A stretch of 64,000 nt of DNA, taken from the IMG/VR virus record IMGVR_UViG_3300028603_000017, positions 32,001-96,000 of that record. One strand, written 5' to 3'. Below are positions 18,743-29,609 of the stretch, piece after piece; position 1 is the first letter of the stretch, and every line of letters starts with the position of its first letter. Position numbers and translations under genes: made by a program. The stretch is from a virus (lineage: Duplodnaviria; Caudoviricetes). The notes below the pieces were generated by a model. The model saw only the letters and a program-made list of their open reading frames with translations, was not told the origin of the DNA and did not search any database.

Positions 18743-19345
18743 ATGAACATTCAAAAACAAGTTGTTATCTATCCTCAAGGCTTTGCAGGTTTCGATATAG
18801 GGTTACCTATTCGAGTCATCAAACCGTCTCCTTCTGAAGTATTTAACTCTTTACTATACAAAACAGATATAGCCAAAACATCTAAAGCAGTAGTATCTAA
18901 CTTAGCTATTGAGAAGATGTGGAAAGAGTTAATTGGTGCTAATCGATTTACCTCTAGTTTTAACTTTAGAGAAGAGATACTGGTGGCAGCGCTGAACGCC
19001 TTTGGTACTGATAACTTTTTAGCTTGGTTTCAATTGCAGGCTAAGAATCCGTATTTAGGTCCTAACCATATTCGATTTATCAATGATACACTTAACTTTA
19101 TCAGTGGTAAAAAGAGAGCTTTGAATATTCAGTATTGGTTAGCATTACTCTCAGAGCAAGGTAGCTCCAGCAGTGAATCTGTTAATATTCAAGCTGAAGA
19201 ATTCTTTAGTACCAACAAGCCTTTACATATGAGACAACCTGTAGATCTTAAACACAATTTGATCAAATGGGTTAGTCAGCCTGGTGGATATGAGGATCTG
19301 CTAGGTACTTTACATGTGTTCTTTGGTGATTCTGACGCTACTTAA
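18743..19345 (+). CDS. Head protein (phiKZ gp91-like)
   Basis: Likely start MNIQKQVVIYPQGF; AFGTDNF..WF.LQ; synteny. Confidence 0.6.
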   Translation: MNIQKQVVIYPQGFAGFDIGLPIRVIKPSPSEVFNSLLYKTDIAKTSKAVVSNLAIEKMWKELIGANRFTSSFNFREEILVAALNAFGTDNFLAWFQLQAKNPYLGPNHIRFINDTLNFISGKKRALNIQYWLALLSEQGSSSSESVNIQAEEFFSTNKPLHMRQPVDLKHNLIKWVSQPGGYEDLLGTLHVFFGDSDAT

Positions 19346-19353
19346 GGAGAGCA

Positions 19354-20994
19354 TTGATGTTAAGCGTTAATAGGAAACTTAAAAGAGCGTTTGAAGATCT
19401 CAATATTGAAGTTGCTGTAGATAAGTTCAATAACAAACCACCTGAGGGTAGTTTAGATGCTATCATTGAAGATGTTGAGCAAAACGTGGAAGTCGCTAAA
19501 GCCAACGAAGAAAATGCTAGTCAAGACACTGACAAAAGCTTGCCAGATCTTGGTGACGATAATAGTAGCGACGATAATGTTGATTCTCCTGCTGATAGCG
19601 GCGATAGCGTAAGTGACAGTGATGAGCAATCAGCTGAAACTACCACCGAAACAACTGAAAAATCACAAGAGACTAAAGAAGATAAGCAAGAATCTGATAA
19701 AGATTCTGACGATGATTTAGATTCTCCTAAAGGTGATAATGCTAGCGATCAAGCTCAGACAGCTGGTGACAAAGCTGATGAAGCTGAATCTACTGCTGCT
19801 GCATTAGAAGAAATTGCTGAGATACTAGAGCAATCAGCTGAGATAGGTGGACTAGATCCACAATCAGCTGATATTGTTAGTGTGTCAGTTAATGCGGTCA
19901 CCAATCCTTTAGGAGTAGCTGTTGAGAGTATTGATCCTCAATTATTCAATAGTTACTCTAAACGATATAAGTATACATTAGAAGCTATTGATGATATTAA
20001 GCAAAAAGCCAAAGATATTGGTATTAAGATTATTGAATTCATCAAAAAGATGATGCGTTTGATAAAAGAAGCTTATCGTTTTTATAAGTCAGAGCTCTTT
20101 GCTGAAAAAGCAAAGTATGATGCTATTAAGAATGTATACTCTAGTGGCGGATTAAAAGTTGAGGCTTACAACGATAAACTTCAAGGTGTATTGTCTAATA
20201 TTTTACTTACTGGTAAAGACAATAGCTCTGACGCTGTTATTACAGCCGTTGAAGGCACGCACCATGTTTTGCTTAACTATATTAATGCTTATCGTAAGGA
20301 TTTAACAACTGCTGTAGCTGCATTTGATGATCTCAAAGAAAAAGTATTTAATATAGATTTAGCTGACGAGAGTAATGAGCTGCAAAGATTCAAAAGAGAA
20401 GATCTGGCACAATTTGGTCAATTCTTTGGTATTCATTTGACAGGTCAATTCAATCAAGTCAAATCTGTTAAAGAGATTCAAAAACCCTCAGACACGATTG
20501 CTGTATTTGAATCTCCTATTCTATCTGGTCAATACAGATACGTGGTATTTACAGCCAATAAAGCCAATATTAATACTGACGATATCCTAAAATCACAAGT
20601 TAAGTTGATGGCTGTAGGAGAGCCAGTTGAAGTACCTGATGAAATAGCTGTATGTGAATATACTGACTTTAGACAACTGTTCCAAGTTATTGATCAAATG
20701 TTTATTCTCAACAGAAGAATTGGTGAGTCTGTAGATTATGCTGAAAAAGAATTGGCTAAACTACTAGATTATGCTGAGGCTTTTAATGGTAGAATTAACA
20801 AAATGATCTCTAATAAACTAGAGAAAATGGGTTCAGAAACCAATCAACTCCATGGTCAACAGCTATTTAATAGTCTAGTAAATACTGTCAGAAGATTCTA
20901 TATTGAACCTATTGAGCAGACTCTGAGGTACTCTAATCGCTTTACAAAAGCTATGATTTCTTACGCTGGTCAATCTATAAAGCAATATCAATAA
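19354..20994 (+). CDS. Internal head protein (gp92-like) with a long acidic propeptide
   Basis: Asp/Ser/Glu-rich N-region; AFE, ALE, AVE and TLE candidate protease sites; GGLDP..A motif shared with the next gene. Confidence 0.75.
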   Translation: MMLSVNRKLKRAFEDLNIEVAVDKFNNKPPEGSLDAIIEDVEQNVEVAKANEENASQDTDKSLPDLGDDNSSDDNVDSPADSGDSVSDSDEQSAETTTETTEKSQETKEDKQESDKDSDDDLDSPKGDNASDQAQTAGDKADEAESTAAALEEIAEILEQSAEIGGLDPQSADIVSVSVNAVTNPLGVAVESIDPQLFNSYSKRYKYTLEAIDDIKQKAKDIGIKIIEFIKKMMRLIKEAYRFYKSELFAEKAKYDAIKNVYSSGGLKVEAYNDKLQGVLSNILLTGKDNSSDAVITAVEGTHHVLLNYINAYRKDLTTAVAAFDDLKEKVFNIDLADESNELQRFKREDLAQFGQFFGIHLTGQFNQVKSVKEIQKPSDTIAVFESPILSGQYRYVVFTANKANINTDDILKSQVKLMAVGEPVEVPDEIAVCEYTDFRQLFQVIDQMFILNRRIGESVDYAEKELAKLLDYAEAFNGRINKMISNKLEKMGSETNQLHGQQLFNSLVNTVRRFYIEPIEQTLRYSNRFTKAMISYAGQSIKQYQ

Positions 20995-21072
20995 TCTTAA
21001 ATATTTTGAGGGTAACAATATAGCCTTCAAAAAAGTACTTTTTTAAATGTTATTTAACTCAAGGATAATAAA

Positions 21073-22479
21073 ATGAGTTTTGCTAAACGATTTGGTATTG
21101 TAGCTGCCATGGAAGAGCTGCAAGAACAAGAAGCTGCTGCTGGTGCTGCAGCGCCTGAAGCTACTGGTGACGATACTCCTAGTGAAGAAGTCGATATTCC
21201 TGTTGCTGAGGACACTGTTGAAACGGCTGCTGCTGAAGTTGATATGGCTGAAAGCGATGTTGATGCAGCTGATGAAACCATTGCTGATGCTGAAAGTGAT
21301 CTAAGTACCCTTGATGGTATTGCTGATAAGCTAGAAGCTACTGAAGAAAACGGCGGTATCGACGCAGGCTCTGCTGCTATTGTTGAAGTGGCTGTTGAGC
21401 ATCTGTATCAAAAGCTGGGTGTTATTCGCGCTAAGGCTATGCCTGCATTAGAATCTTTTGGTGCCGATAGCTCACGCCTGAAGGCTACCCGCATTGCTGT
21501 CGAAGACATTCGTGAAAATGCCAAGAAGATTTGGGACGCTATTTTGCGTATGGTGGAAAAGGCTAAAGAATTTATCACCAAGTTCTTTAAAGCTATCTTC
21601 ACTGCCACTGGTCGTATTAAGGAACGTGCTCTAAAGCTCAAGGAAGCTGCTAGTAAAATTCAAGGCGAAGCTTCTAGCCAAACCATTGAAAACGCTGGTT
21701 TTGCTCCTGCTCTAGCGGTTGGCAGCTCTGTTGATTATAGTAAAGTAAATGCGTTCTTCTCGCACGGTGGTTTTTACAAAGCTGAACTAGATAAGTATGC
21801 TGATTTAGTTAACAACACTGAAAAGCTAGGTAAGGTTGCTGATGACTTTAAGAATGCTGTAGATTATTCTTTTGATCCTGCTTTGATCACCAGTATTGGT
21901 TTCAAGCCCAGCACTGAGTTTGGTGAAGCCGCCGAAGGCTTTACTTACTACAGTCTGTCTGACCTACCTGCTGTTGGCGGTAAGACGATTGCTGCATATG
22001 CTGTTAGTAAGGCTGTATCTGGTCAAGAAGCTCTAAAAGCTGTTTCACAATTCAAGGTAGAAGTCAAGGAAGTTGCAGATACATCAGAAGTTAACTCAGC
22101 TCCTACGCTGAAGATTTCTGAAGCACAAGCTTTGCTTGATTACATCATCAAAATCTGTGACACCACAGCTGAACTCAACGATGTTGTTAAGCAAATTGAT
22201 TCAACTTCAGACCTTATTATTCGTAGCGTTAAGAGCGCGCGTAATAAGGATATGATTGAGACTCTTAAGGCTGCTGATCGGGATGGTGCCAAAAGCGCTA
22301 GTGAAGATGTAGTTACTAAGTATGATGTTGCTAAAGATTTGATTAAAGCTTTACGCGCACAAAATGCTTTTATGACTAAACTCATTTCAGCTCCTGTGCG
22401 TCTGAATTTCAGCGCTGCTAGAGCAGCTACTGAATACGTAGGTCAATCACTGAAACTCTATAGTGCTAAAGCTGAATAA
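21073..22479 (+). CDS. phiKZ-like internal head (inner body) protein, gp93-like
   Basis: AME, MPALESFG and RIAVEDI..AKKIWDAI propeptide; highly expressed codon style. Confidence 0.85.
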   Translation: MSFAKRFGIVAAMEELQEQEAAAGAAAPEATGDDTPSEEVDIPVAEDTVETAAAEVDMAESDVDAADETIADAESDLSTLDGIADKLEATEENGGIDAGSAAIVEVAVEHLYQKLGVIRAKAMPALESFGADSSRLKATRIAVEDIRENAKKIWDAILRMVEKAKEFITKFFKAIFTATGRIKERALKLKEAASKIQGEASSQTIENAGFAPALAVGSSVDYSKVNAFFSHGGFYKAELDKYADLVNNTEKLGKVADDFKNAVDYSFDPALITSIGFKPSTEFGEAAEGFTYYSLSDLPAVGGKTIAAYAVSKAVSGQEALKAVSQFKVEVKEVADTSEVNSAPTLKISEAQALLDYIIKICDTTAELNDVVKQIDSTSDLIIRSVKSARNKDMIETLKAADRDGAKSASEDVVTKYDVAKDLIKALRAQNAFMTKLISAPVRLNFSAARAATEYVGQSLKLYSAKAE

Positions 22480-22518
22480 AAAGCTCCTGAGGCAGCTGCT
22501 GCTTAAACTTTAAAACCT

Positions 22519-22560
22519 TAGATGAGGAGGAGGTAATGCCTCCTCCTCATCTATTTATGT
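22519..22560. terminator. Hairpin with 3' TATG (copy 7, divergent)
   Basis: 15-bp stem tagatgaggaggagg/cctcctcctcatcta, then tttatgt. Confidence 0.75.
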
Positions 22561-22588
22561 TATTGATTTGATTGTTGGATTTATAAAA

Positions 22589-23944
22589 ATGGCTAAGAAA
22601 TTAATAATTGATCTAGAGAGTTTAAATGAAGATCCTAAGAAGGTCTTCGAAGATTCCGTGCATGAAGATCTCGCTGCCTTAATTGGTGAAGACGAATACG
22701 ATGACATGGAAGTAAAGGGCATGGAAATTGTCCTAGAGCAAATTGCTGAGGAGATTTCCACTGAACTGGCTGAAAATGATCGCGTAGCAGATATCGCTGA
22801 AAACCTAAGCGATGTAGCTGATGTATTAGAGAATTCTGGTAATGACCAGATTACTCCTACTGAAGCACAACTAATTGCTACCAGTGCCAATATGGCTGTA
22901 GCTGGCACCGATGGTGATGCCGCTGATATCGCACCTGCTCTAGAAGCCTTTAAAGATAAATCGTTAGCTATTGAACAACTTCGTATGAAGCAACAAGTAG
23001 CTATCGAGGGCATTATGGATAGCGTCAAGAATGTAGCGCAAAAGATAGGTTCTTATATTAAGGGTCTATTTAGTTTTGCTTATAAGATGGAAAACCGTAT
23101 TAAAGATTTAAAATCTAAAGTAGCAGAACTGGATTCTAAACCCAATAAAGAGATTACAACGAAACTAAACAAGTTTTATGCTCTTAAGAAAAATGAAAGT
23201 GAGTTCGTTGGTTCTGCTGAAGAATATAAATCGCTATTGACAAAAACTGTAACATTCTTTGATAGCTTTTCTACCTTAGTCATAAAGAGCGTAACTAACT
23301 TTACTAATAGTTATAAAAACTATTATAAAACGTTACCTGGTACTGACGCTACTTTTAAAGAAGCTTCTCGTCTTTATACTCTATATATGGATACCAGTAA
23401 AGAAATTGTAAATCTTCCTGGTATTAAAGAAATTCCTACCCGTGACTCCAAGGTTAAGAAGTATCGTTCTGAATACCTGCTTGGCGGTGCTGCTGTAGAT
23501 GCTCAGATTTATAAGGATGTTCCGGTTAGTGAAGAAAACATTCCTGAAATGAAGAACGCTGTAGATAATACCGGTGTTATGTTTAAGAAGTGGGATGCCA
23601 AAGATATCAGTAAGTCAAAAGATAAAACTATTGATTTCAAAGTCAATAAGAATTATCTAATCGACATTATTGCTCAAGCTGAAAAAGCTTTAGGAATCTT
23701 TAAAAGATTCTTAGATGGTGCTTACAAGTGGAATTCTGTTTTGTCAATTATGGATGACGATAAAATAGATTTTGCTACTAAATTTCTTAGTTTACATACT
23801 CAAATTGTAAACAAAGGAACTAATCACACGAATACCTACATTCGTTACGCCAGAGAGTATGCTAAAGTTTTGACTGATTATCCCTTGGATGTAGTTCAGA
23901 AACTAGTTAACGCAAAAGAGTGGGATAAAGCTGCGGCTGAATAA
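22589..23944 (+). CDS. phiKZ-like internal head protein paralogue
   Basis: Start MAKKLIIDLES; ANMAVAGTDGDA..IAPALEAF and VAIEGI propeptide sites. Confidence 0.8.
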   Translation: MAKKLIIDLESLNEDPKKVFEDSVHEDLAALIGEDEYDDMEVKGMEIVLEQIAEEISTELAENDRVADIAENLSDVADVLENSGNDQITPTEAQLIATSANMAVAGTDGDAADIAPALEAFKDKSLAIEQLRMKQQVAIEGIMDSVKNVAQKIGSYIKGLFSFAYKMENRIKDLKSKVAELDSKPNKEITTKLNKFYALKKNESEFVGSAEEYKSLLTKTVTFFDSFSTLVIKSVTNFTNSYKNYYKTLPGTDATFKEASRLYTLYMDTSKEIVNLPGIKEIPTRDSKVKKYRSEYLLGGAAVDAQIYKDVPVSEENIPEMKNAVDNTGVMFKKWDAKDISKSKDKTIDFKVNKNYLIDIIAQAEKALGIFKRFLDGAYKWNSVLSIMDDDKIDFATKFLSLHTQIVNKGTNHTNTYIRYAREYAKVLTDYPLDVVQKLVNAKEWDKAAAE

Positions 23945-23947
23945 GTG

Positions 23948-23997
23948 AACATAGTGCTAGATAGAGACCGTGTGGTCTCTATCTAGCATGTATGTTG
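23948..23997. terminator. CATA/TATG-family hairpin (copy 8)
   Basis: aacata-g-tgctagatagagacc/ggtctctatctagca-tg-tatgttg. Confidence 0.8.
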
Positions 23998-24030
23998 TTA
24001 ATTTAATTAGTTATCTTATTAGGGATTAAA

Positions 24031-24222
24031 GTGAGTTTCTCCAAAAGATTTAAATTAGATTTTGGTTTATAGGGAAGAATAAAGTCAAACAATCGTCTTG
24101 TTAAGAACAACATTTTTGCCAATGTAAATACAAGCGATATAGACAAAGAAGTAATAGAATACAGAACAATTATAAATTCTAACTTAGAACAGTTAGCAAA
24201 ATACTACATTGAGACTAAATAG
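24031..24222 (+). pseudogene. Collapsed internal head-protein paralogue (leader plus C-end) with an internal amber stop
   Basis: RBS aggga then GTG; MSFSKRFKLDFGL*(TAG 24070-72)GRIK...LEQLAKYYIETK*. The leader matches MSFAKRF of 21073 and 31867. Confidence 0.6.
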
Positions 24223-24301
24223 TCTCAATGTAGTATTTTTGACGCTATAAATACAGAATCTAAAATTATGTGTTATCGGATCACTCTATAAAGGCAAGAG
24301 C

Positions 24302-25885
24302 ATGCCAAACATAAGCATAATGACGCCTGAGCTTAATAACGCAGTTATTAGGCCAGCTGTTAAAGATGTTATCGACCAACTAATAGAGATTACCAATATA
24401 CCAAAAGATACCAGAGTCCTCTATATTGACTATATCCAAGCAGGATATCAAAGAGGCTCTACCATGGCTCAACAAGCTGATAATGAGCATGATAGAACTG
24501 CTTTCCAATATGGTAATCAAATGGCTATTGATGTCGATATCAATTACGATGAAGGCAATATCTCATCGACAGCCATTAGACAAGCTGAACAAATACCTAT
24601 TTTCAATGATGATAAACTAGGTGTTATCATCAAACCTATTTATAGTAAAACCAATATCGCTATCAATGTCAGATATCGTTCATCTTCTCCTACTGAAGGT
24701 AAGAAATGGAGAGACGGTATTAGAATGAATATCTCTAACATGAGAGATATTAATCTGCACGATATTACTTACCACTTTGCTGTACCTGCTCAGTTTATCA
24801 ATATACTAAAAGAAATACATAGACTAAGAGAAGCTACAGATCCTTATAATCAAGATTTACAAACCTATCTAGCAGCTCACGCTACTACCAGGTTTACCAA
24901 TCTTTCTAATCAATCAGGTTCTCAACAATTACTAGCTATTGCTGAAAAGCAAATGAGAGTACAGGGTTTGTATGACTTTGAGATAGCTCCTGAAAAAGGA
25001 GAGCCTGATGATACCAATTCAGCTTGGATTACGACATTTACTTATAATGTTAGTTTTGATGTACCAATAGCAGTTAATATGCGCTATCCTATTATGGTGC
25101 ATAATCAATTGCTAGATGAACCTTTCATTACGTATGAAAATGAATCTTACGATATTGATAAAGTCAATAAAGCTTACAGCATGTCTTTAGGAGCATTTGC
25201 TCATTTTGATGTCACTAGACCAATTCAGCAATATAACGAACCTACCAAAATCATTAATGTGCCTGAATTTGATGACTTTCATTACACAGGTGTATTAAAA
25301 GGTACAATTCCATTGATGTCAGTATTGTGTTCTATTGAAGAGTCTGATAAGAAACAGTTGCTTAATTTAAAAGACTTAGGTGAATATGGTATTGACTCTG
25401 ATGTGATGGAGTTTTTAAAGGATGAATACTTTTATCTGACTAAGCCTTATAAATCAGTATTCTTTGTTTCTTTGTATAAGTTCTCTGGACAAGTACCTGA
25501 TAAAGAAATACTGGTCGATTCTGATTTGAATGTCAGATCAAGATTCTCTGATCTATCTTTTAGAATTAATCACAGAGTAGTCTTTTCTATTCTTAAAGAT
25601 CTAACATTCTTAGATAGAGAAGCTTTAATAAGACTGAAGAAACACAAAGCTGCGGCTATTAAAGTATTTAAAGCTTTACAAGTCAATAGAGGTATTCTTA
25701 ACCAAATAGCTCATCATGTTAACTTTAATTCATTTATGCCTGATTTAGCTGATACTGGTATGAGCTTACAGAGATTGCAAATGCAGTACTATCAAACAAA
25801 TACAGTTAATACCAGCTACGTTATCTCTTATAATTCTGTTAATAAAGAAGAGTTAACCAGCTACAAATTAAGGAAACCATTATAA
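24302..25885 (+). CDS. Virion structural protein (phiKZ gp98-like, neck region)
   Basis: MPNI...RP...VI, IF.D..LGV.IKP.Y and YPIMVHNQ blocks; synteny. Confidence 0.65.
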   Translation: MPNISIMTPELNNAVIRPAVKDVIDQLIEITNIPKDTRVLYIDYIQAGYQRGSTMAQQADNEHDRTAFQYGNQMAIDVDINYDEGNISSTAIRQAEQIPIFNDDKLGVIIKPIYSKTNIAINVRYRSSSPTEGKKWRDGIRMNISNMRDINLHDITYHFAVPAQFINILKEIHRLREATDPYNQDLQTYLAAHATTRFTNLSNQSGSQQLLAIAEKQMRVQGLYDFEIAPEKGEPDDTNSAWITTFTYNVSFDVPIAVNMRYPIMVHNQLLDEPFITYENESYDIDKVNKAYSMSLGAFAHFDVTRPIQQYNEPTKIINVPEFDDFHYTGVLKGTIPLMSVLCSIEESDKKQLLNLKDLGEYGIDSDVMEFLKDEYFYLTKPYKSVFFVSLYKFSGQVPDKEILVDSDLNVRSRFSDLSFRINHRVVFSILKDLTFLDREALIRLKKHKAAAIKVFKALQVNRGILNQIAHHVNFNSFMPDLADTGMSLQRLQMQYYQTNTVNTSYVISYNSVNKEELTSYKLRKPL

Positions 25886-27252
25886 TGGCTATCGTTACCA
25901 AGAAACCTACTGCATCTACTAGTTTACCTCCAAATCCTCCTAGGATACATTCTCAAAATGTAAAAGTAAACGTAGTAGATACCAAATACAATCCTGTATC
26001 GTCTTTAATCACCAGCATTGAAGGCAGTAAATGGATAGTCGATTATTACTCTCAGGTCATTGACAGAGATAACGCACTGTATGGTCAAGACATTGGTCAA
26101 TCAGGCGTATATCAGCAATACAAGCTTATCAAAGGCTTAGAGTTTAAAGTAGCTAACGAATTATCGACTTCTCAAGAAGATGAATCTAAAGCCATGATCG
26201 TACAGGGCTCAGCTCACGTACACTCCATGATTATTGCTAATCATGGAGATGTATTCATTGCTGATGTCGGGGATGGTCGAGCTGGTGTCTTTCAGATTAC
26301 AATGTCTGAAAAGAAATCGATGTATACTCAAGCGGTTTATTATGTTGAATATACATTACTGTATTTCGTAGATGCAGAAAAGACCAAGAAGAAAGACTTA
26401 GACGATAAAGTAGTAGAGACTTACTACTATCTAAAGGACTTCGTCAATTATGGACAAAATCCATTAGTTATTACGTCTGAGTATGAAGCTTTCTTAAAAC
26501 TCCATGACCTACAAGAAGATCTAATAGATGCTTATTTTAAATGGTTTTTCTCTGTAGAGAAAAAGACACTATTGGTACCAGGACAAACTCATTTGGTTTA
26601 TGATCACTTTATGACCAAGTTTGTACTGAGTTTAATAGACTCTATGGAACATAATAAGATACGTTATACCAGAATATATAACGTAGATGGCGATGCTTAT
26701 TTAGAAGAACCTACGATCTTAGACGCTATCATTAAGCGTGATAAGTATATGGTACCTATGCTCAATAGGAAAATGGGATTAGCCAGTAAGCTGGAGTTTA
26801 ATAATGATCCCATGATGGAAGGCTTTAGGTTTGCTAATATTCCTTTGATTGTCTATCCTAAAATAGAGCAACCCATATTTGAATCTGTTACACCTATTAG
26901 AGCTAAAACTATTACAGAGATAGCCTTACAAGATGTATCGACCAGAATAGGTGATTTAAATAGTATTTTACCTATTAACATAGCAGATACTTTAGATGCT
27001 CAATTACCAGATCTGCCTAATATTGTTCCTGTATTGCAAGACGATTGTTATATCTTTACCAATACCTTTTATGAGGGTCAAATGGTAAGCTCTCAATTAG
27101 AGTGGATTGTCCATAAATTTCTAAATGAAAAAATAGTCAATGCATCTGAAGTATTTGAAGTATCTAAGAACTTTATCAATTGGGGTGGTTTAGAGAGATT
27201 TTATTATATTCCTGTTATTATCGCTATGATAAAATACATATTCAGGAGTTAA
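25885..27252 (+). CDS. Virion structural protein (phiKZ gp99-like, neck/head completion)
   Basis: IEGSKW.VDYYSQ, GDVFIADVGDGRAG.F and W..LERFYYIP motifs; synteny. Confidence 0.7.
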   Translation: MAIVTKKPTASTSLPPNPPRIHSQNVKVNVVDTKYNPVSSLITSIEGSKWIVDYYSQVIDRDNALYGQDIGQSGVYQQYKLIKGLEFKVANELSTSQEDESKAMIVQGSAHVHSMIIANHGDVFIADVGDGRAGVFQITMSEKKSMYTQAVYYVEYTLLYFVDAEKTKKKDLDDKVVETYYYLKDFVNYGQNPLVITSEYEAFLKLHDLQEDLIDAYFKWFFSVEKKTLLVPGQTHLVYDHFMTKFVLSLIDSMEHNKIRYTRIYNVDGDAYLEEPTILDAIIKRDKYMVPMLNRKMGLASKLEFNNDPMMEGFRFANIPLIVYPKIEQPIFESVTPIRAKTITEIALQDVSTRIGDLNSILPINIADTLDAQLPDLPNIVPVLQDDCYIFTNTFYEGQMVSSQLEWIVHKFLNEKIVNASEVFEVSKNFINWGGLERFYYIPVIIAMIKYIFRS

Positions 27253-27255
27253 TAA

Positions 27256-27867
27256 ATGACGTTATCTAAGCCAGTAGGTTCTAGTGTTGATATGTCAGTA
27301 CCTAGCCATGAATATATCTTCAAACGTATGTTCATGTGTGTTGTCTCTCAAATGGATATCACCAGTAAAGAATACCTAAAGAAATTTGGTATGCCTACTA
27401 CTGGTGATCCCAATATTGACAGAGAGATGGCAAATCAACTCATTACAACATACAAAACCATAGCTGATATGGTGGATCTATTCAGACAAGGCGTTACAGT
27501 CAGAGTGCCAAAACAACAAGACTGTAAAACTATATATGAGTACGTAGACTACCACATTCAGTCTTGGGCTCAAGCTATTCAAAATGGATTAAATCTAGGT
27601 AATGCTCCGTTAGAAGACTTAATAGAGATGGATAAGTTTGCTACCAAACTGTATCCGTATGCTCTAGATAATAAGCTCATTATGGAAAACTCTTCTGTAT
27701 TTGTTCAGCAATTAGGTAACAATTTCATTACCCACGATAATGTATTGGGTTCTATGAAGTCACCTACACGCATATTAGAAGAATCTGGTCTAGATGAAAA
27801 TGGACAATTGCCTCAAAGAGAGTCTTATGCTGATATCTTTATCAAAAGAGGTAAAGGATGGAAATAG
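27256..27867 (+). CDS. Conserved phage protein (phiKZ gp100-like)
   Basis: FG.PTTG, TIADMV...G and APLEDL...DKFA motifs; synteny. Confidence 0.6.
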   Translation: MTLSKPVGSSVDMSVPSHEYIFKRMFMCVVSQMDITSKEYLKKFGMPTTGDPNIDREMANQLITTYKTIADMVDLFRQGVTVRVPKQQDCKTIYEYVDYHIQSWAQAIQNGLNLGNAPLEDLIEMDKFATKLYPYALDNKLIMENSSVFVQQLGNNFITHDNVLGSMKSPTRILEESGLDENGQLPQRESYADIFIKRGKGWK

Positions 27868-29291
27868 AATCTACTGCCTTATTTCAAGAGATAAAAGCTA
27901 TTATCGATGATGGGCCTAAACCTGTTAACTATTACTATAAATGCTATTTTCTTATTGATGATAAGAAATATGAGCCTTTAAAGATTATTGATGTATTTCA
28001 TAAACGGAACTATGTTGAAGCTAGAGGTGATGAGAGATTCATCACCCTAGCTATTCCTATGGGTTTATGGTCTAAGATTATTTATCCAAAGCTCAATATT
28101 TTGGATATTACTTTGGTTAAAATACCTATTTATGAAATTGATGATAAAGAAAATCAAGAAGAAGAAATAGAAGAGATCAGATACACAGCTATTCCTGTAC
28201 CAGATTCAATACCTAATTTAACAGGTGATAATCTACAGAGATTCAGCATTGCTGCTTTGGATACCATGGACTTCTTTGAAGTTACATTTCAATTGGTAGA
28301 TAAAGGCTTAGAAGCATTAAAGATGGTCACAGTAGGTTCTGTTTTTAGACGTTGTAAAACAGAGGATGTTGTCAAAGGTATTTTAGCTAAAGAAAGATCT
28401 AAAGCCAAAACCATTACAGGAAAAGCTGTTGAAACGATTGATATGGTAGATGGCGATAATGATGATGAAATAGAGCATGTATTGATTCCTCAAGGCTTAC
28501 CCTATCTAGACGTACCTTTTTATGTGCAACAGCAATGTAATGGTGTTTATAATGCTGGAATGAATATCTATTATCAAAATAAAGGATTATTTGTTTATCC
28601 CCCATTTGATACAACCAGATATGATTCTGCTGATTTAAAAGCTACTATATTGAAAGTGCCTAAATACTCCTATTCGTATTTAGAAAGAACATACAGACAA
28701 GAAGGCGATATTGTTTATATCATAGGCACCAGTGATTCTAGTTTCGAAGATAAGTCATTTATCAATTCTAGAAATAGAGGTGACGGTATTCGCTTTGGCG
28801 ATGCTCGCTTTATCATGCGAGATGAATTGCTAGAGACCAAGGACAATAAAACCAAAATCGTTAGAAAAGACGTTAACCAAGAGTTTGTATCCAAAGATAA
28901 AAGTGATCAACCTGATTACCGTCAACAACTTTATGTTCCTTTATCTAAAGAACATATGAATGCCAATCCGTTTGTACAAAGATCCAGACTAGCACATATT
29001 AACGGTGCTATGTATCAAATTGATTGGCAAAACTCAAACCCTGATGTACTCATACCTGGAATGATGGTAAAGATCATTTATATGAGTAAACATGAATTTA
29101 GAGAACTGTATGGTGTATTAACACATGTAGTTACAAACACTCAGTTGTCTGGACAGGGTTTAAATTATACTAGACACATCACTAACTCATCTTTATTCAT
29201 ATTCAGCACTATGCTCACTGAGCAAGAGCAAGAATTTGATGAGATAGACGAAAGTGTTATAACTGCTTGGGAAAATTATGAAATGGGCTAG
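27858..29291 (+). CDS. Tail/baseplate hub-like structural protein (phiKZ gp101-like)
   Basis: IPQG...DVP.Y.Q...GVY..G...YYQ, ERTY and W.NS.PD.L.PGM motifs; synteny. Confidence 0.65.
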   Translation: MEIESTALFQEIKAIIDDGPKPVNYYYKCYFLIDDKKYEPLKIIDVFHKRNYVEARGDERFITLAIPMGLWSKIIYPKLNILDITLVKIPIYEIDDKENQEEEIEEIRYTAIPVPDSIPNLTGDNLQRFSIAALDTMDFFEVTFQLVDKGLEALKMVTVGSVFRRCKTEDVVKGILAKERSKAKTITGKAVETIDMVDGDNDDEIEHVLIPQGLPYLDVPFYVQQQCNGVYNAGMNIYYQNKGLFVYPPFDTTRYDSADLKATILKVPKYSYSYLERTYRQEGDIVYIIGTSDSSFEDKSFINSRNRGDGIRFGDARFIMRDELLETKDNKTKIVRKDVNQEFVSKDKSDQPDYRQQLYVPLSKEHMNANPFVQRSRLAHINGAMYQIDWQNSNPDVLIPGMMVKIIYMSKHEFRELYGVLTHVVTNTQLSGQGLNYTRHITNSSLFIFSTMLTEQEQEFDEIDESVITAWENYEMG

Positions 29292-29607
29292 CAATATCAT
29301 CCATCGATTTATCAAATGGCTTATTTCTTTATTCTTTAAACGAAATCATAAGTACGGTGTTAGTTTTGATGTTGATATCAATTTAAGTAACCTAATGTCA
29401 CCATTACCAAATGTAAATACATTTTACGATTTGGCTAGAGATGTTGGTATCTTTGAAGTGGTTGATGTTGATGCTAAAGAATCTATTGTAGTTATTAGAG
29501 AAGTAGGTACTGATACAGAATATAAAATAGATTCTGAGTTATTTATTATTCTGTTTGTTTCTAAGAGTGATGCCAGCTCTAATTTTGATTTATTAAAATA
29601 TAAATAG
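29278..29607 (+). CDS. Hypothetical protein
   Basis: 109 aa; overlaps the upstream stop and ends at a hairpin. Confidence 0.65.
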   Translation: MKWASNIIHRFIKWLISLFFKRNHKYGVSFDVDINLSNLMSPLPNVNTFYDLARDVGIFEVVDVDAKESIVVIREVGTDTEYKIDSELFIILFVSKSDASSNFDLLKYK

Positions 29608-29609
29608 CA

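Noticed and set aside
21005-21033. Weak hairpin ttttgaggg/ccttcaaaa upstream of the gp93-like gene
   Set aside because: Short, AT-rich and large-looped; could arise by chance and lacks the family arms.
24070-24072. Possible TAG stop-codon reassignment
   Set aside because: Core genes are intact under the standard code and TAG ends real genes (27867, 29607); a single nonsense mutation is simpler.
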